DNA of 64,000 bases from a virus (lineage: Duplodnaviria; Caudoviricetes): IMG/VR virus record IMGVR_UViG_3300012018_000002, positions 32,001 through 96,000 of that record; one strand, given 5' to 3'. A model generated the notes under the pieces. That model saw only the letters and a program-made list of their open reading frames with translations, was not told the DNA's origin and did not search any database. Shown piece after piece: positions 9,327-17,301 of the stretch. How positions within the stretch are numbered: position 1 is the first letter of the stretch; each line of letters starts with the position of its first letter. Position numbers and translations under genes: made by a program.

Positions 9327-9803
9327 TTATAAATTTAATATTTTTCTGATTTCTGTAGAACTTTCAGGAACTATTACATCAGGTATAACAACTAATTGAC
9401 AACCAAATGTAACCACTTCTTTACCATATACTTTATTAGAGTTTTTAAACATCTTTATTGTGTTTTTATAAACAAAAGGATGCACAAAATCAGCAATACT
9501 TAAATAATTATACATAGTAACTGTTGAATCAACAGAAGTAAGAGATTCAATCATATATGCTCTATCTCTTTCATTAAAAATAGGATTTCTATTCTTATTA
9601 GTATTGATTAAATCATCAGAATCAACAAATACTACAAGAAAATCACATTCTCTTTTACATTTTTCAAGAAATAAAACATGTAATGGATGTAATAAATCAA
9701 AACATCCACTTGTTATACCTATTCTCATATTAGAATCAATTTTGAGCAGTGCTTGTAAACGTGCTCTCAGTATAATCATATCTTCTTGGTTTCTACAAAT
9801 CAT
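9327..9803 (-). CDS. HxGH-superfamily nucleotidyltransferase (RfaE-domain II/TagD-like)
   Basis: TSGCFDLLHPLH (HxGH variant), VDSD, R-P-x-x-x-ER-x-R, terminal SSTEIR. Confidence 0.82.
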   Translation of the reverse strand: MICRNQEDMIILRARLQALLKIDSNMRIGITSGCFDLLHPLHVLFLEKCKRECDFLVVFVDSDDLINTNKNRNPIFNERDRAYMIESLTSVDSTVTMYNYLSIADFVHPFVYKNTIKMFKNSNKVYGKEVVTFGCQLVVIPDVIVPESSTEIRKILNL

Positions 9804-9830
9804 AATAAATAGTTTTTTGTTAATAAAAAA

Positions 9831-9908
9831 ATAGAAGGAAAAGTAAATATAGCTTGTTTGAGCGAATTTATGAAATTTGCGAAGTAACTATATTAAACAC
9901 CATTCTAT
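9831..9908 (-). ncRNA. Minimal Y-RNA-like module (copy C)
   Basis: ATAGAA-T-GGTG..AATATAG-TTACTTC...CTATATT..TTTTCC-TTCTAT. Confidence 0.7.
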
Positions 9909-9911
9909 TAG

Positions 9912-10037
9912 TAGCGTGTGAAGGATTCGAACCTCCATTTCTCGTTTAAGATACGAAGTAACTTTTCAAATCACCATCATTACTGAGGAAAAGTTAGAAA
10001 AGAAATTTTTAGCGTTCTGCCATTAAACTAACACGCT
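9912..10037 (-). ncRNA. Circularly permuted Y-RNA-like/tRNA chimera (copy B)
   Basis: AGCGTGT/ACACGCT-A acceptor, GTTT-AATGGCA-GAAC D arm, GGAGG-TTCGAAT-CCTTC T arm; anticodon arm replaced by CTTTTC..TTTTCC-TCA-GTAA-TGA-T-GGTG..GAAAAG-TTACTTC. Confidence 0.75.
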
Positions 10038-10040
10038 ATA

Positions 10041-10194
10041 TGAATAAGGAAAGTTAAAAAGAGGCTTTTTTATAAACGTGTTTACCATTTCACCACCTGC
10101 CTCATTGTATTGAAGCAGGACAAGACTCGAACTTGTAAACTCTTACGAGTATTTATTCCGATTTAGAAGTAACTCTTCTTTACACCATTATTCA
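10041..10194 (-). ncRNA. YrlA-like Y RNA (copy A)
   Basis: Terminal stem TGAATAA/TTATTCA with GGTG..AAGAG-TTACTTC; then T arm ACAAG-TTCGAGT-CTTGT, closed acceptor hairpin CCTGCTTCA-ATACAA-TGAGGCAGG, D arm GTG-AAATGGTAAA-CAC; begins 5 nt after the Ro60 stop. Confidence 0.82.
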
Positions 10195-10199
10195 AATCT

Positions 10200-11603
10200 T
10201 TATTCCTGTTCTTCAAAGGTATTTGTAATACCTTCATAAACAGAAATATAAGTTAAGAAGTGTTCTGACCAACCTGAAATTTCAGCAGTCCAAACACCTT
10301 CATAATTAATACCATTTTTATGTGCTGACACATCAATAATATAATTAGCAATACCAAATGGATTAGGTTTTGTTTTTACACTATCCATATCCTGAGAATC
10401 ACTAAATACAATAATTCTATCAGGAGTATAATCAATATGTGATTTTATATACTCAAGACATTGGCGAGTAAATATACCACCTCCACCTAATTGAACTCTT
10501 TGTTTTTCAACTTGTTTAATTAAATCAAAACCAGAAGAAGGATTATCAATTCTTGATGTATTGTGTTTTTTGTTAAAACCACTACCTGCAGTGCACCACA
10601 CATCAATCCATTCACACTGATTAACACCTAATAAACACATTGCTTGAGCTACTTTTAATCTAGTATTAGTAGATTTAGAACTAATACCTGAACCCATACT
10701 ACCACTAACGTCAACCACAAAAAGTGTTTTACCAGGTAATTTTTTGAGATAAGAATAAGAAGTAATCATTCCTTGTTCTATTTCTCTCATATACTCTGGT
10801 GCATTTTCAGCAGCACTAAGAAAATTTAAAGGTAAAATCATATTACCTTTCATTTCTTTTAATGCCTTTTTAATTACATTTGAATCAACAAAGACATTTT
10901 TCATATTACGTAAATTACGTAATAATGCAAGTGCTCCAAGTTTATCATTACTAATTAATCTTTCCCAAGTAGCTTTTTTATCTTTACCTGCAGACAATGC
11001 AACTTCCCAAGTATCAGGAACTTTTAATTGTCTTTTTGCAATTCTATCAAATAGACTATATTCTTGAGGATTTCTTGCTTTTGGATGAACCAAAAATAAT
11101 ACATCTCTCAATTTATACTCACCATCTCTATCATATTTTGCAAACTGATATTCATCAAAATTGTGAAATGATTGAGCTAATCCTTTTTTAGCTGCAGCAG
11201 CCATTGGTCTTGCTTTCTTATTAGTGTCTTTCCAATAAATAGCACAGAAATCAGCTAACATATCTGCTCTTGTTATTACTTTTGGTAATAAATCTTTAAC
11301 ATATAATCTATGTGTATCATATTTACACATTTCAGATATGATAAACAAAGGCACATGTCTAAGCTTTTGAACAATTCTACATTCTTCTGCAATTTCTGCA
11401 ACTTTTTTTGCTTCTACTAATGGTATTAACTTAGCAATATTATCAGAGCTACCTGATTCATAAGCTAAATTTTCCCACAATAAACAAGCTAAGACTGCAC
11501 GTCTTAACTGATTTTCAGCAGTTTGTATTGCTGCTTTTGCACCATAACCACCTGCCAGTGTTTCAGCAGGTTTAGGTTTTACGTTAGGGTTTACTTTACT
11601 CAT
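10200..11603 (-). CDS. rsr: Ro60/Rsr TROVE-domain RNA-binding protein with C-terminal vWA
   Basis: LRRAVLACLLWE, FDEYQFAKY, LRDVLFLVHPK, TWEVALS, ALLRNLRN; vWA VDVSGSM...FSDSQ. Confidence 0.9.
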   Translation of the reverse strand: MSKVNPNVKPKPAETLAGGYGAKAAIQTAENQLRRAVLACLLWENLAYESGSSDNIAKLIPLVEAKKVAEIAEECRIVQKLRHVPLFIISEMCKYDTHRLYVKDLLPKVITRADMLADFCAIYWKDTNKKARPMAAAAKKGLAQSFHNFDEYQFAKYDRDGEYKLRDVLFLVHPKARNPQEYSLFDRIAKRQLKVPDTWEVALSAGKDKKATWERLISNDKLGALALLRNLRNMKNVFVDSNVIKKALKEMKGNMILPLNFLSAAENAPEYMREIEQGMITSYSYLKKLPGKTLFVVDVSGSMGSGISSKSTNTRLKVAQAMCLLGVNQCEWIDVWCTAGSGFNKKHNTSRIDNPSSGFDLIKQVEKQRVQLGGGGIFTRQCLEYIKSHIDYTPDRIIVFSDSQDMDSVKTKPNPFGIANYIIDVSAHKNGINYEGVWTAEISGWSEHFLTYISVYEGITNTFEEQE

Positions 11604-11890
11604 TTTACTTTCTTTTTAAATCTATCAGTAATGTATTTTTTTACGTGAATTGGATTTCTCATGTAATTGTATAATTGTGTTAACAATTGTCTATCCTGTT
11701 CAAAAGACATTTCTTCTAAAGAAACATCATTTTGTTTTGACCAGATATAAAGACATACACCTCTATGGTCTGATAATCCAGGAACATAACTACATATACC
11801 TATTGAACTATTAGGAATATGTTGTGACACATCATTAGCAAATAATACTGTTTCATGAATGTTTTTTTGTTTAAAAGTAATTCTTACCAT
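11600..11890 (-). CDS. Hypothetical protein
   Basis: 96 aa, ATGA-coupled to rsr. Confidence 0.7.
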   Translation of the reverse strand: MVRITFKQKNIHETVLFANDVSQHIPNSSIGICSYVPGLSDHRGVCLYIWSKQNDVSLEEMSFEQDRQLLTQLYNYMRNPIHVKKYITDRFKKKVK

Positions 11891-11948
11891 GTTATTTGTT
11901 GTTGATTTGTAGTCACTACAAGACTCGAACTTGTAACCTACTGTTTAG

Positions 11949-12547
11949 CTTACCACTATAATTTTCATTACTATATATTATTCATCTTAATGAATAAATG
12001 GATAGATTTATCATTTCTATCCTATATTTGTGGTCTGGACTGTCTCTTCATCTTCAACTTAATGGTCAGATGTTTAACATACAGTCTCTGCATTTACTTA
12101 TGAATAATATAAATAAACTCACGATTACCAATCATACTAAAGTTTGCAAAAAATGCAATTTAGAAAAATCAATTAATGAATTTTATAAACAAAAAGATAG
12201 AAAAAATAATTCTTCTTTCTGTAAATCTTGTTTTAACAAATATTGTATACAAAGATGGACCAATAAAAAAATTAAAGCCATTGAATACAAAGGAAGTCAT
12301 TGTATTGATTGTAAATTACATATAAATAATACACATTATTCCGTATTTGAATTTCATCATCTTAATCCAAATGAAAAAGATTATGATTGGACAAAATTAA
12401 GATTACGTTCTCAAAATTCTATAAATTTAGAACTTGATAAATGTATATTATTATGTGCTAATTGTCATAGAATTAGACATAGTATAATAAGGATTTCCTG
12501 AACAGTTAAAATTCATATATATATTTCTATATATATGCTCCTATTTA
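11949..12547 (-). mobile_element. Group I intron inserted after anticodon position 34
   Basis: 5' exon ends in U, intron ends in G; P2 CATATATATA-GAAA-TATATATATG, P3 TTTAAC/GTTAAA, P TGTTCAGGAAA, Q AATCGTGAG, R GCAGAGACTGT, S AAGAGACAGTCC. Confidence 0.88.
12100..12501 (+). CDS. HNH homing endonuclease, antisense within the intron (likely start MNNINK at 12100; track ORF starts 11998)
   Basis: CxxC pairs, FEFHH, KCILLCANCHRIRH. Confidence 0.82.
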   Translation: MNNINKLTITNHTKVCKKCNLEKSINEFYKQKDRKNNSSFCKSCFNKYCIQRWTNKKIKAIEYKGSHCIDCKLHINNTHYSVFEFHHLNPNEKDYDWTKLRLRSQNSINLELDKCILLCANCHRIRHSIIRIS

Positions 12548-12586
12548 AAGACAGTTGCTCTATCCAATTGAGCTAAGTGACCAATA

Positions 12587-12778
12587 TTATTTAAAATTTT
12601 GAGGATTAAATACTTCATTAAAAGGAAGTGTTTGTCCTACTGGGTGAGTATGAGTTTTTAATTTCTTTTCAGGAATAACTATTCCTTTTTCTTCTAAATA
12701 ATGCGATGGATTGTTTAAATTAGGTCTTTCATAACCAACTGGATGAAGACCAAAAAAAATTAATATTTTCTTTTTCAT
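12587..12778 (-). CDS. Small hypothetical protein
   Basis: 63 aa ORF with A-rich leader. Confidence 0.55.
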   Translation of the reverse strand: MKKKILIFFGLHPVGYERPNLNNPSHYLEEKGIVIPEKKLKTHTHPVGQTLPFNEVFNPQNFK

Positions 12779-12790
12779 AATAAAAAAATT

Positions 12791-12823
12791 AAAAAAGGGT
12801 TAATCAAATTAACTAACCCTTTT
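12791..12823 (-). terminator. Intrinsic terminator-like hairpin
   Basis: AAAAGGGTTA/TAACCCTTTT inverted repeat with a T-run just after the 12830 stop. Confidence 0.6.
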
Positions 12824-12829
12824 GTAAAT

Positions 12830-13180
12830 TTAACCTGGTATTACAGTATCAAAATAATCTGCTCTTAAAGCTGAATAGAAAGATAAATCTGAAAGAACAT
12901 CTTCCAAATCTTTTTCTGCTCTAATTACTGATGCTCTTGCACTTGCAATAGAATTCATGTAAGCAATTCTATCACTGATGGTTACAGATGGAGTTATAGC
13001 ATTAGTAAATGCAGCTTTTGCACTTTCTAAAGCTAATTCTCTATCTACTTTTAGGTTTTCCAAACCACTAATCTGACTGCGAAAAGCTGCAGTCGCCAAT
13101 CTCTCGTTTTGAGAGATAATTTCCTCTGCCTTACCTTTGTTACCAATGATAGTAGCAGACACTGTGGAAAATTTACTCAT
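12830..13180 (-). CDS. Helical/coiled-coil hypothetical protein
   Basis: 116 aa, Ala/Ser-rich heptad pattern. Confidence 0.75.
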   Translation of the reverse strand: MSKFSTVSATIIGNKGKAEEIISQNERLATAAFRSQISGLENLKVDRELALESAKAAFTNAITPSVTISDRIAYMNSIASARASVIRAEKDLEDVLSDLSFYSALRADYFDTVIPG

Positions 13181-13356
13181 GATTTTAAATGCACAATAAC
13201 TTGTTCTTCAATAGAACTTATTTGTGTTTTTAGTCTTTCTTCTTCTAATACTAATTCTACATAACACTTATCAGATGCGTTATATTTAGCTATTCGCATT
13301 AGGTTTAATACAGAACATACAGTTTTGTATTTGTATTTTATTTCAGGTAAGTTCAT
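13177..13356 (-). CDS. Small hypothetical protein (59 aa, MNLPEIKYKY...)
   Basis: Stop overlaps next ATG (ATGA); below track cutoff. Confidence 0.5.
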   Translation of the reverse strand: MNLPEIKYKYKTVCSVLNLMRIAKYNASDKCYVELVLEEERLKTQISSIEEQVIVHLKS

Positions 13357-13439
13357 ATTATTTAATTAATTCAATTAATAATGCTATTCCTGTTGGTATT
13401 GCTATAACACCAGCAAGACAAATAAAAAATATTCCCATT

Positions 13440-13943
13440 TTAGTGGATTTTTGTTTTTTCGTGTAAATAATCTACAATTGATAATATAATAGCAGAAAAT
13501 AAAAATACTATATGAACAAATGCTAATTTATATAAAGTATCCCAGTCTACACCTTTAATTTCAATTGATTCTTCAAGTATAGTAATACTCGTAATACCAA
13601 TTAAAGATGTAGCCATTTTAACTTTAAGCATACCACTGCTCATATTTTCAGTAGATGATTCATTACTTTTATTTACAAATGAATTATAACTACCTGTAAT
13701 AATCATTTTAGCTAAACCAGCAACCATTGCTATGTCAATCAATTCAATTAACATTAGCATTGCTGAAGATTTATCAACATGTTTTAAGTCCATTAAATAA
13801 CTAATAAAATAGGTTATATCAAAATATGCATATAAACCTAATGCTATTACTAATATTAAATAAAATGGTATTAGTAACCATTTAGAGGAAAACAGTAGCT
13901 CTTCTACTATTAATCTCATTAATTGTCTTTTTTGATTTGCCAT
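13440..13943 (-). CDS. UPF0114/YqhA-family membrane protein
   Basis: E..LF.S.WLL.PFY, LIELIDI.MV..L..MI..GSY.SFV, LKVK.A.S.IGI.SI..L pattern; 3-4 TM segments. Confidence 0.8.
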   Translation of the reverse strand: MANQKRQLMRLIVEELLFSSKWLLIPFYLILVIALGLYAYFDITYFISYLMDLKHVDKSSAMLMLIELIDIAMVAGLAKMIITGSYNSFVNKSNESSTENMSSGMLKVKMATSLIGITSITILEESIEIKGVDWDTLYKLAFVHIVFLFSAIILSIVDYLHEKTKIH

Positions 13944-14055
13944 ATGTATTCTGTTTCCCCTCCTTTTTTCTCAATATTTTTATCATTGTGTATTGATATA
14001 AATGTTATTGCTGCTGCAACTAATGTAATAAATGCAAATGCTACTAATATATCTT

Positions 14056-14499
14056 TCATAAATGATTATTTAATGTGTTAACATAATTTAAATCTTTAAT
14101 TTCAGGATAAGTTTGATGTAAATATTGATTATTACCTAAATGAGATTTACTAATATATACTGCAGGAAGTCTACTTTCAAATTGTTTTAATGTAAGGTCT
14201 ATATAATAATCCTTATATTTAACAAATGAATGATGTAAATATCTTGCTAAATCATTTTCTGCATAACTCTTATCAATCCAAAATCCTCTACAACATACTA
14301 CAATAGCTGAATTAGGTTCAACTTTATTGATTTCATCACATAAATAACGTGATATTTCTACACATCTACCTTTTAAATTAGACATGTTATTATCCATAAT
14401 TGTAATATATATAGCACCTATTATACCTCTAGGTAAATTACCAAGATTATATGCACTTTTTGTTTTTAAATGGTTATAGTATAATTTATCGAGTATCAT
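14056..14499 (-). CDS. Hypothetical protein with possible papain/transglutaminase-like Cys-His-Asp triad
   Basis: GRCVEIS...HHSFV...YIDLTLKQF spacing. Confidence 0.5.
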   Translation of the reverse strand: MILDKLYYNHLKTKSAYNLGNLPRGIIGAIYITIMDNNMSNLKGRCVEISRYLCDEINKVEPNSAIVVCCRGFWIDKSYAENDLARYLHHSFVKYKDYYIDLTLKQFESRLPAVYISKSHLGNNQYLHQTYPEIKDLNYVNTLNNHL

Positions 14500-15812
14500 A
14501 ATAATAATTTTTAAAAAGAGGTTAAATCTTTACTGACAACATACGCTGTAAAGATATAAAGAACGTATTTTATACCTCTTTATGTTATTTAAAGATTTTG
14601 GTTTTAAATTCTTAAATTATCTTTTCATTGGTAAGTTATCATCTTACCCGCACAATGTTGTTATTACTTCTTGCAAAGTAAAGTGAGCATATATCCCTCA
14701 TTAACAACTACTACAACAATATTACTATTGTTGAGGCTAACCTGTTACAGGATTCTGACCTGTCTAAACTCTCAACTGAGAAACACGATAGCTGCCACCA
14801 CATACTTTACTTAGATTATATATATACTACACAATTTTTCAGTGCCTATCAGTATATTTTCAAGTATGCTTTACACTCTCTACCACTGTAGATAGTTGCT
14901 GTAAGGTTATCTACTCCCATAGCATTGTAAGTGGTATGAAATATTACTAAAACCTTTTTCTAATTAAAAGTAACCAGCTATGTTTGGTTGTGGATTAGAT
15001 TAACATTTAGTCCTTCTCTGTTTATAAAAGAAATTAGTCTCACCATTCCTCTTTAACTATGTCATTCAATCTACCTTCCCAGGTTGTTTACAATTAAGTA
15101 AACTTTACAATGAGGAATCCCACCTCTTTCCACTTGACCCCCATTTCTGGCTTTTTAAAGTCTTGTATGTGTTGCTGTTCATAAACGTAGCTTAATTAGT
15201 ATCTTTAAAAAATATTATTCATATAATCCATTCTGAGCAATCTCCTTCTGTTAATAATTGCAGAGATTTGTTTTTCTGTTGGAGCATTCATATAATAAGT
15301 TTAATTATTAAATAAGGAGTTACACCTTTTCTATTACCTTGCGAGTAAAAGCCTTGTCACCTAAGCCTCATATAGGGGTGCTTACGAAGTTTTGTATTTC
15401 TACAATAAATTAAAAAACTAAGAATTTGTAATAGCATCCAACCAATCTATTTGATACCAACATTTCTGTTAGGGCTAAACTTATATCTAATCCATTGTGC
15501 ACATTTCATAGAATTTCATATTAGCTCTAGGCTCAACGGGCTTATCATGTTTACCGCCTTTTTGCCTTATATTCCCCCAGCAGTCACTGAGTCTTCATTC
15601 TTAGTTTTTAATATCTTTAACAGCCTAAGCTGTGCATCCTATTTCAGAGAGATGTTGGATATACCTTCAACTCAAATTCATAGAATGACTAACTAGTTTC
15701 TTACCCTAACTTGGTATTTCACGTTGCTTAGACGATAAAAATAATTTAGCGCATAAGTAAACCCATAAAGGTTAAACCTAAGCCAATTACAAATACAATT
15801 GTTACTATCATT

Positions 15813-16133
15813 TTATTTGAGTTTTTTAATAATAAAATATTTTGTTGCATATGGGTCATTGTTATCTATCCATAATGAATCCATATTTACCCATTCATAA
15901 TGAGTAGTATTATTCTGATAAGTATAAATAGTATCCAATTGATTGTCTTCAAGATTACGAGCTAAATACATTTTAACTTGATGATTATCAACTGATATAC
16001 TCATAAATACTATTCCAGAGATAACAAATAATAATCCCATAATAGTAATAAATGTCCATATAACGTTTAATAAAATACTACGTATCATTATAATAACACC
16101 TATAAGTGCTATAATTATTCCAAATATAAACAT
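15813..16133 (-). CDS. Membrane protein with two N-terminal TM helices (probable start MFIFG)
   Basis: Two hydrophobic segments followed by a polar tail; the track start at 16169 lies in an upstream hairpin. Confidence 0.65.
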   Translation of the reverse strand: MFIFGIIIALIGVIIMIRSILLNVIWTFITIMGLLFVISGIVFMSISVDNHQVKMYLARNLEDNQLDTIYTYQNNTTHYEWVNMDSLWIDNNDPYATKYFIIKKLK

Positions 16134-16238
16134 ATAATTAAATTTAAAAGTGAAAAAACTCCCTATCAAATCATCTATTTACACAGATTATTGAATCGGG
16201 AGTAAGGAGGCTACGGAAACAGCCATATCTTGTATTAT

Positions 16239-16643
16239 TTAAAAATCTTGTTCTATTGCTACCGCATCTTTAAGAAAATGTATTACACGGTCTTTGGTTT
16301 CGGGTTCATTATATTTATTAAATAAAAAATTGTTAATAACACTAATATCAGCAAAATAAGGAGCACTCGGATATAATATTTTTAACGCTTCTTTACTTGC
16401 ATTTCTTAAAGGTAACGAAACAACTGGCATTTGTTTATTTTCAGGTATTATATTTCCATCTGAATCAACTATTAATGCAGAAATACTAAAATAAGGTTTT
16501 GGAGAACCTTTGGCATAACTATAATGACCTAATGCACAAAAACAATCAGTTTTAGGAGAATAATACATTCCTTCTCCCCATTTATTTGCTGGAATAGGCT
16601 CTAATATATTAAGAGCATCCTGTAAAATTTCTTTGTTTATCAT
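16239..16643 (-). CDS. Hypothetical phage protein (CFCALGH motif)
   Basis: 134 aa, coupled to the upstream ORF. Confidence 0.7.
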   Translation of the reverse strand: MINKEILQDALNILEPIPANKWGEGMYYSPKTDCFCALGHYSYAKGSPKPYFSISALIVDSDGNIIPENKQMPVVSLPLRNASKEALKILYPSAPYFADISVINNFLFNKYNEPETKDRVIHFLKDAVAIEQDF

Positions 16644-17239
16644 GTTATTACTTTATAATTTTTTAGTTCATCAATTGTAAACAAACCTAATTCATTTACA
16701 CGAGTAGAAACAATATGACCTTTATTAGTAGCTATTTCATCATGAATGCGTTGTAACAATATCCATTCATCATTTGTTAATATACCAACAACTTCAGGTT
16801 TAAATAAATCTTGTTGTGTATTAGATAGGAATAAGTAAAGTAAACTTTTTTCATAATTTTCAGGATGTATCATATTTTTACCTGCAACACACATTTTTCC
16901 ATCTTCTGTAAGATAACTACATTGAGTGCCATCATATCCACAAAGTTCAGAGTTATGATAATAAGGTGCTATTTGTGCTAAAGCAAATTCTTTCTTGTTC
17001 ATTTGAATTATAAATCCTGGTTGCATTTCTCTTATATCAGAGTGCATTTCAATAGGATATGCTGATTCACCACAAGAAAATAAATCTTGTTGATAGAAAT
17101 ATGTAGTAGCTTTATCACAAGTATTTTCAATTCCTTCAGGAAGAATAAACTTCCTAAAAGATATTTTACTATAATCTTCTGTATATACTTGAACTACATA
17201 TGTTCTAGTTGGAGAAGGTTGTAATGGAGTTTTTGTCAT
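16640..17239 (-). CDS. Hypothetical phage protein (C-x-Y...CVAG...LQRIHD, putative metal-binding)
   Basis: 199 aa; conserved-looking Cys/His motifs. Confidence 0.72.
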   Translation of the reverse strand: MTKTPLQPSPTRTYVVQVYTEDYSKISFRKFILPEGIENTCDKATTYFYQQDLFSCGESAYPIEMHSDIREMQPGFIIQMNKKEFALAQIAPYYHNSELCGYDGTQCSYLTEDGKMCVAGKNMIHPENYEKSLLYLFLSNTQQDLFKPEVVGILTNDEWILLQRIHDEIATNKGHIVSTRVNELGLFTIDELKNYKVIT

Positions 17240-17253
17240 AATAATAAGTTTTT

Positions 17254-17301
17254 GAGTTAGACATTTATATGTTTCATCTATTTAAGGCTCATCAGTAACT
17301 C
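17254..17301 (-). ncRNA. Type I hammerhead ribozyme
   Basis: GAGTTA-CTGATGA-GCCT-TAAAT-AGAT-GAA-ACAT-ATAA-ATGT-C-TAACTC: complete core, stems I and III perfect, GUC cleavage triplet; stem II imperfect. Confidence 0.78.

Larger units (their letters stand above)
11910..12582 (-). tRNA. tRNA-Arg(TCT), exons 12582-12548 and 11948-11910, split by a group I intron
   Basis: GGTCACT/AGTGACT acceptor, D loop with Arg identity A20, ACTGT/ACAGT anticodon stem, loop CTT^CTAA. Confidence 0.88.

Noticed and set aside
7312-9803. Complete NAD+ reconstitution (NARP-like) pathway
   Set aside because: No phosphoribosyltransferase or PRPP-synthase-like gene in the window, and the transferase looks RfaE/TagD-like
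9182-10194. CRISPR-like array from the repeated GAAGTAAC motif
   Set aside because: Copies are irregularly spaced, conserve structure rather than a contiguous repeat, and there are no cas genes
11940-11952. Possible amber-suppressor tRNA (CTA), suggesting stop-codon recoding
   Set aside because: Correct stem pairing and U^...G splice rules give loop CTT^CTAA (Arg TCT, supported by A20); long genes are intact in the standard code
15451-15696. 81-aa plus-strand ORF
   Set aside because: TTG start, antisense to the arm, lies in a structured non-coding region
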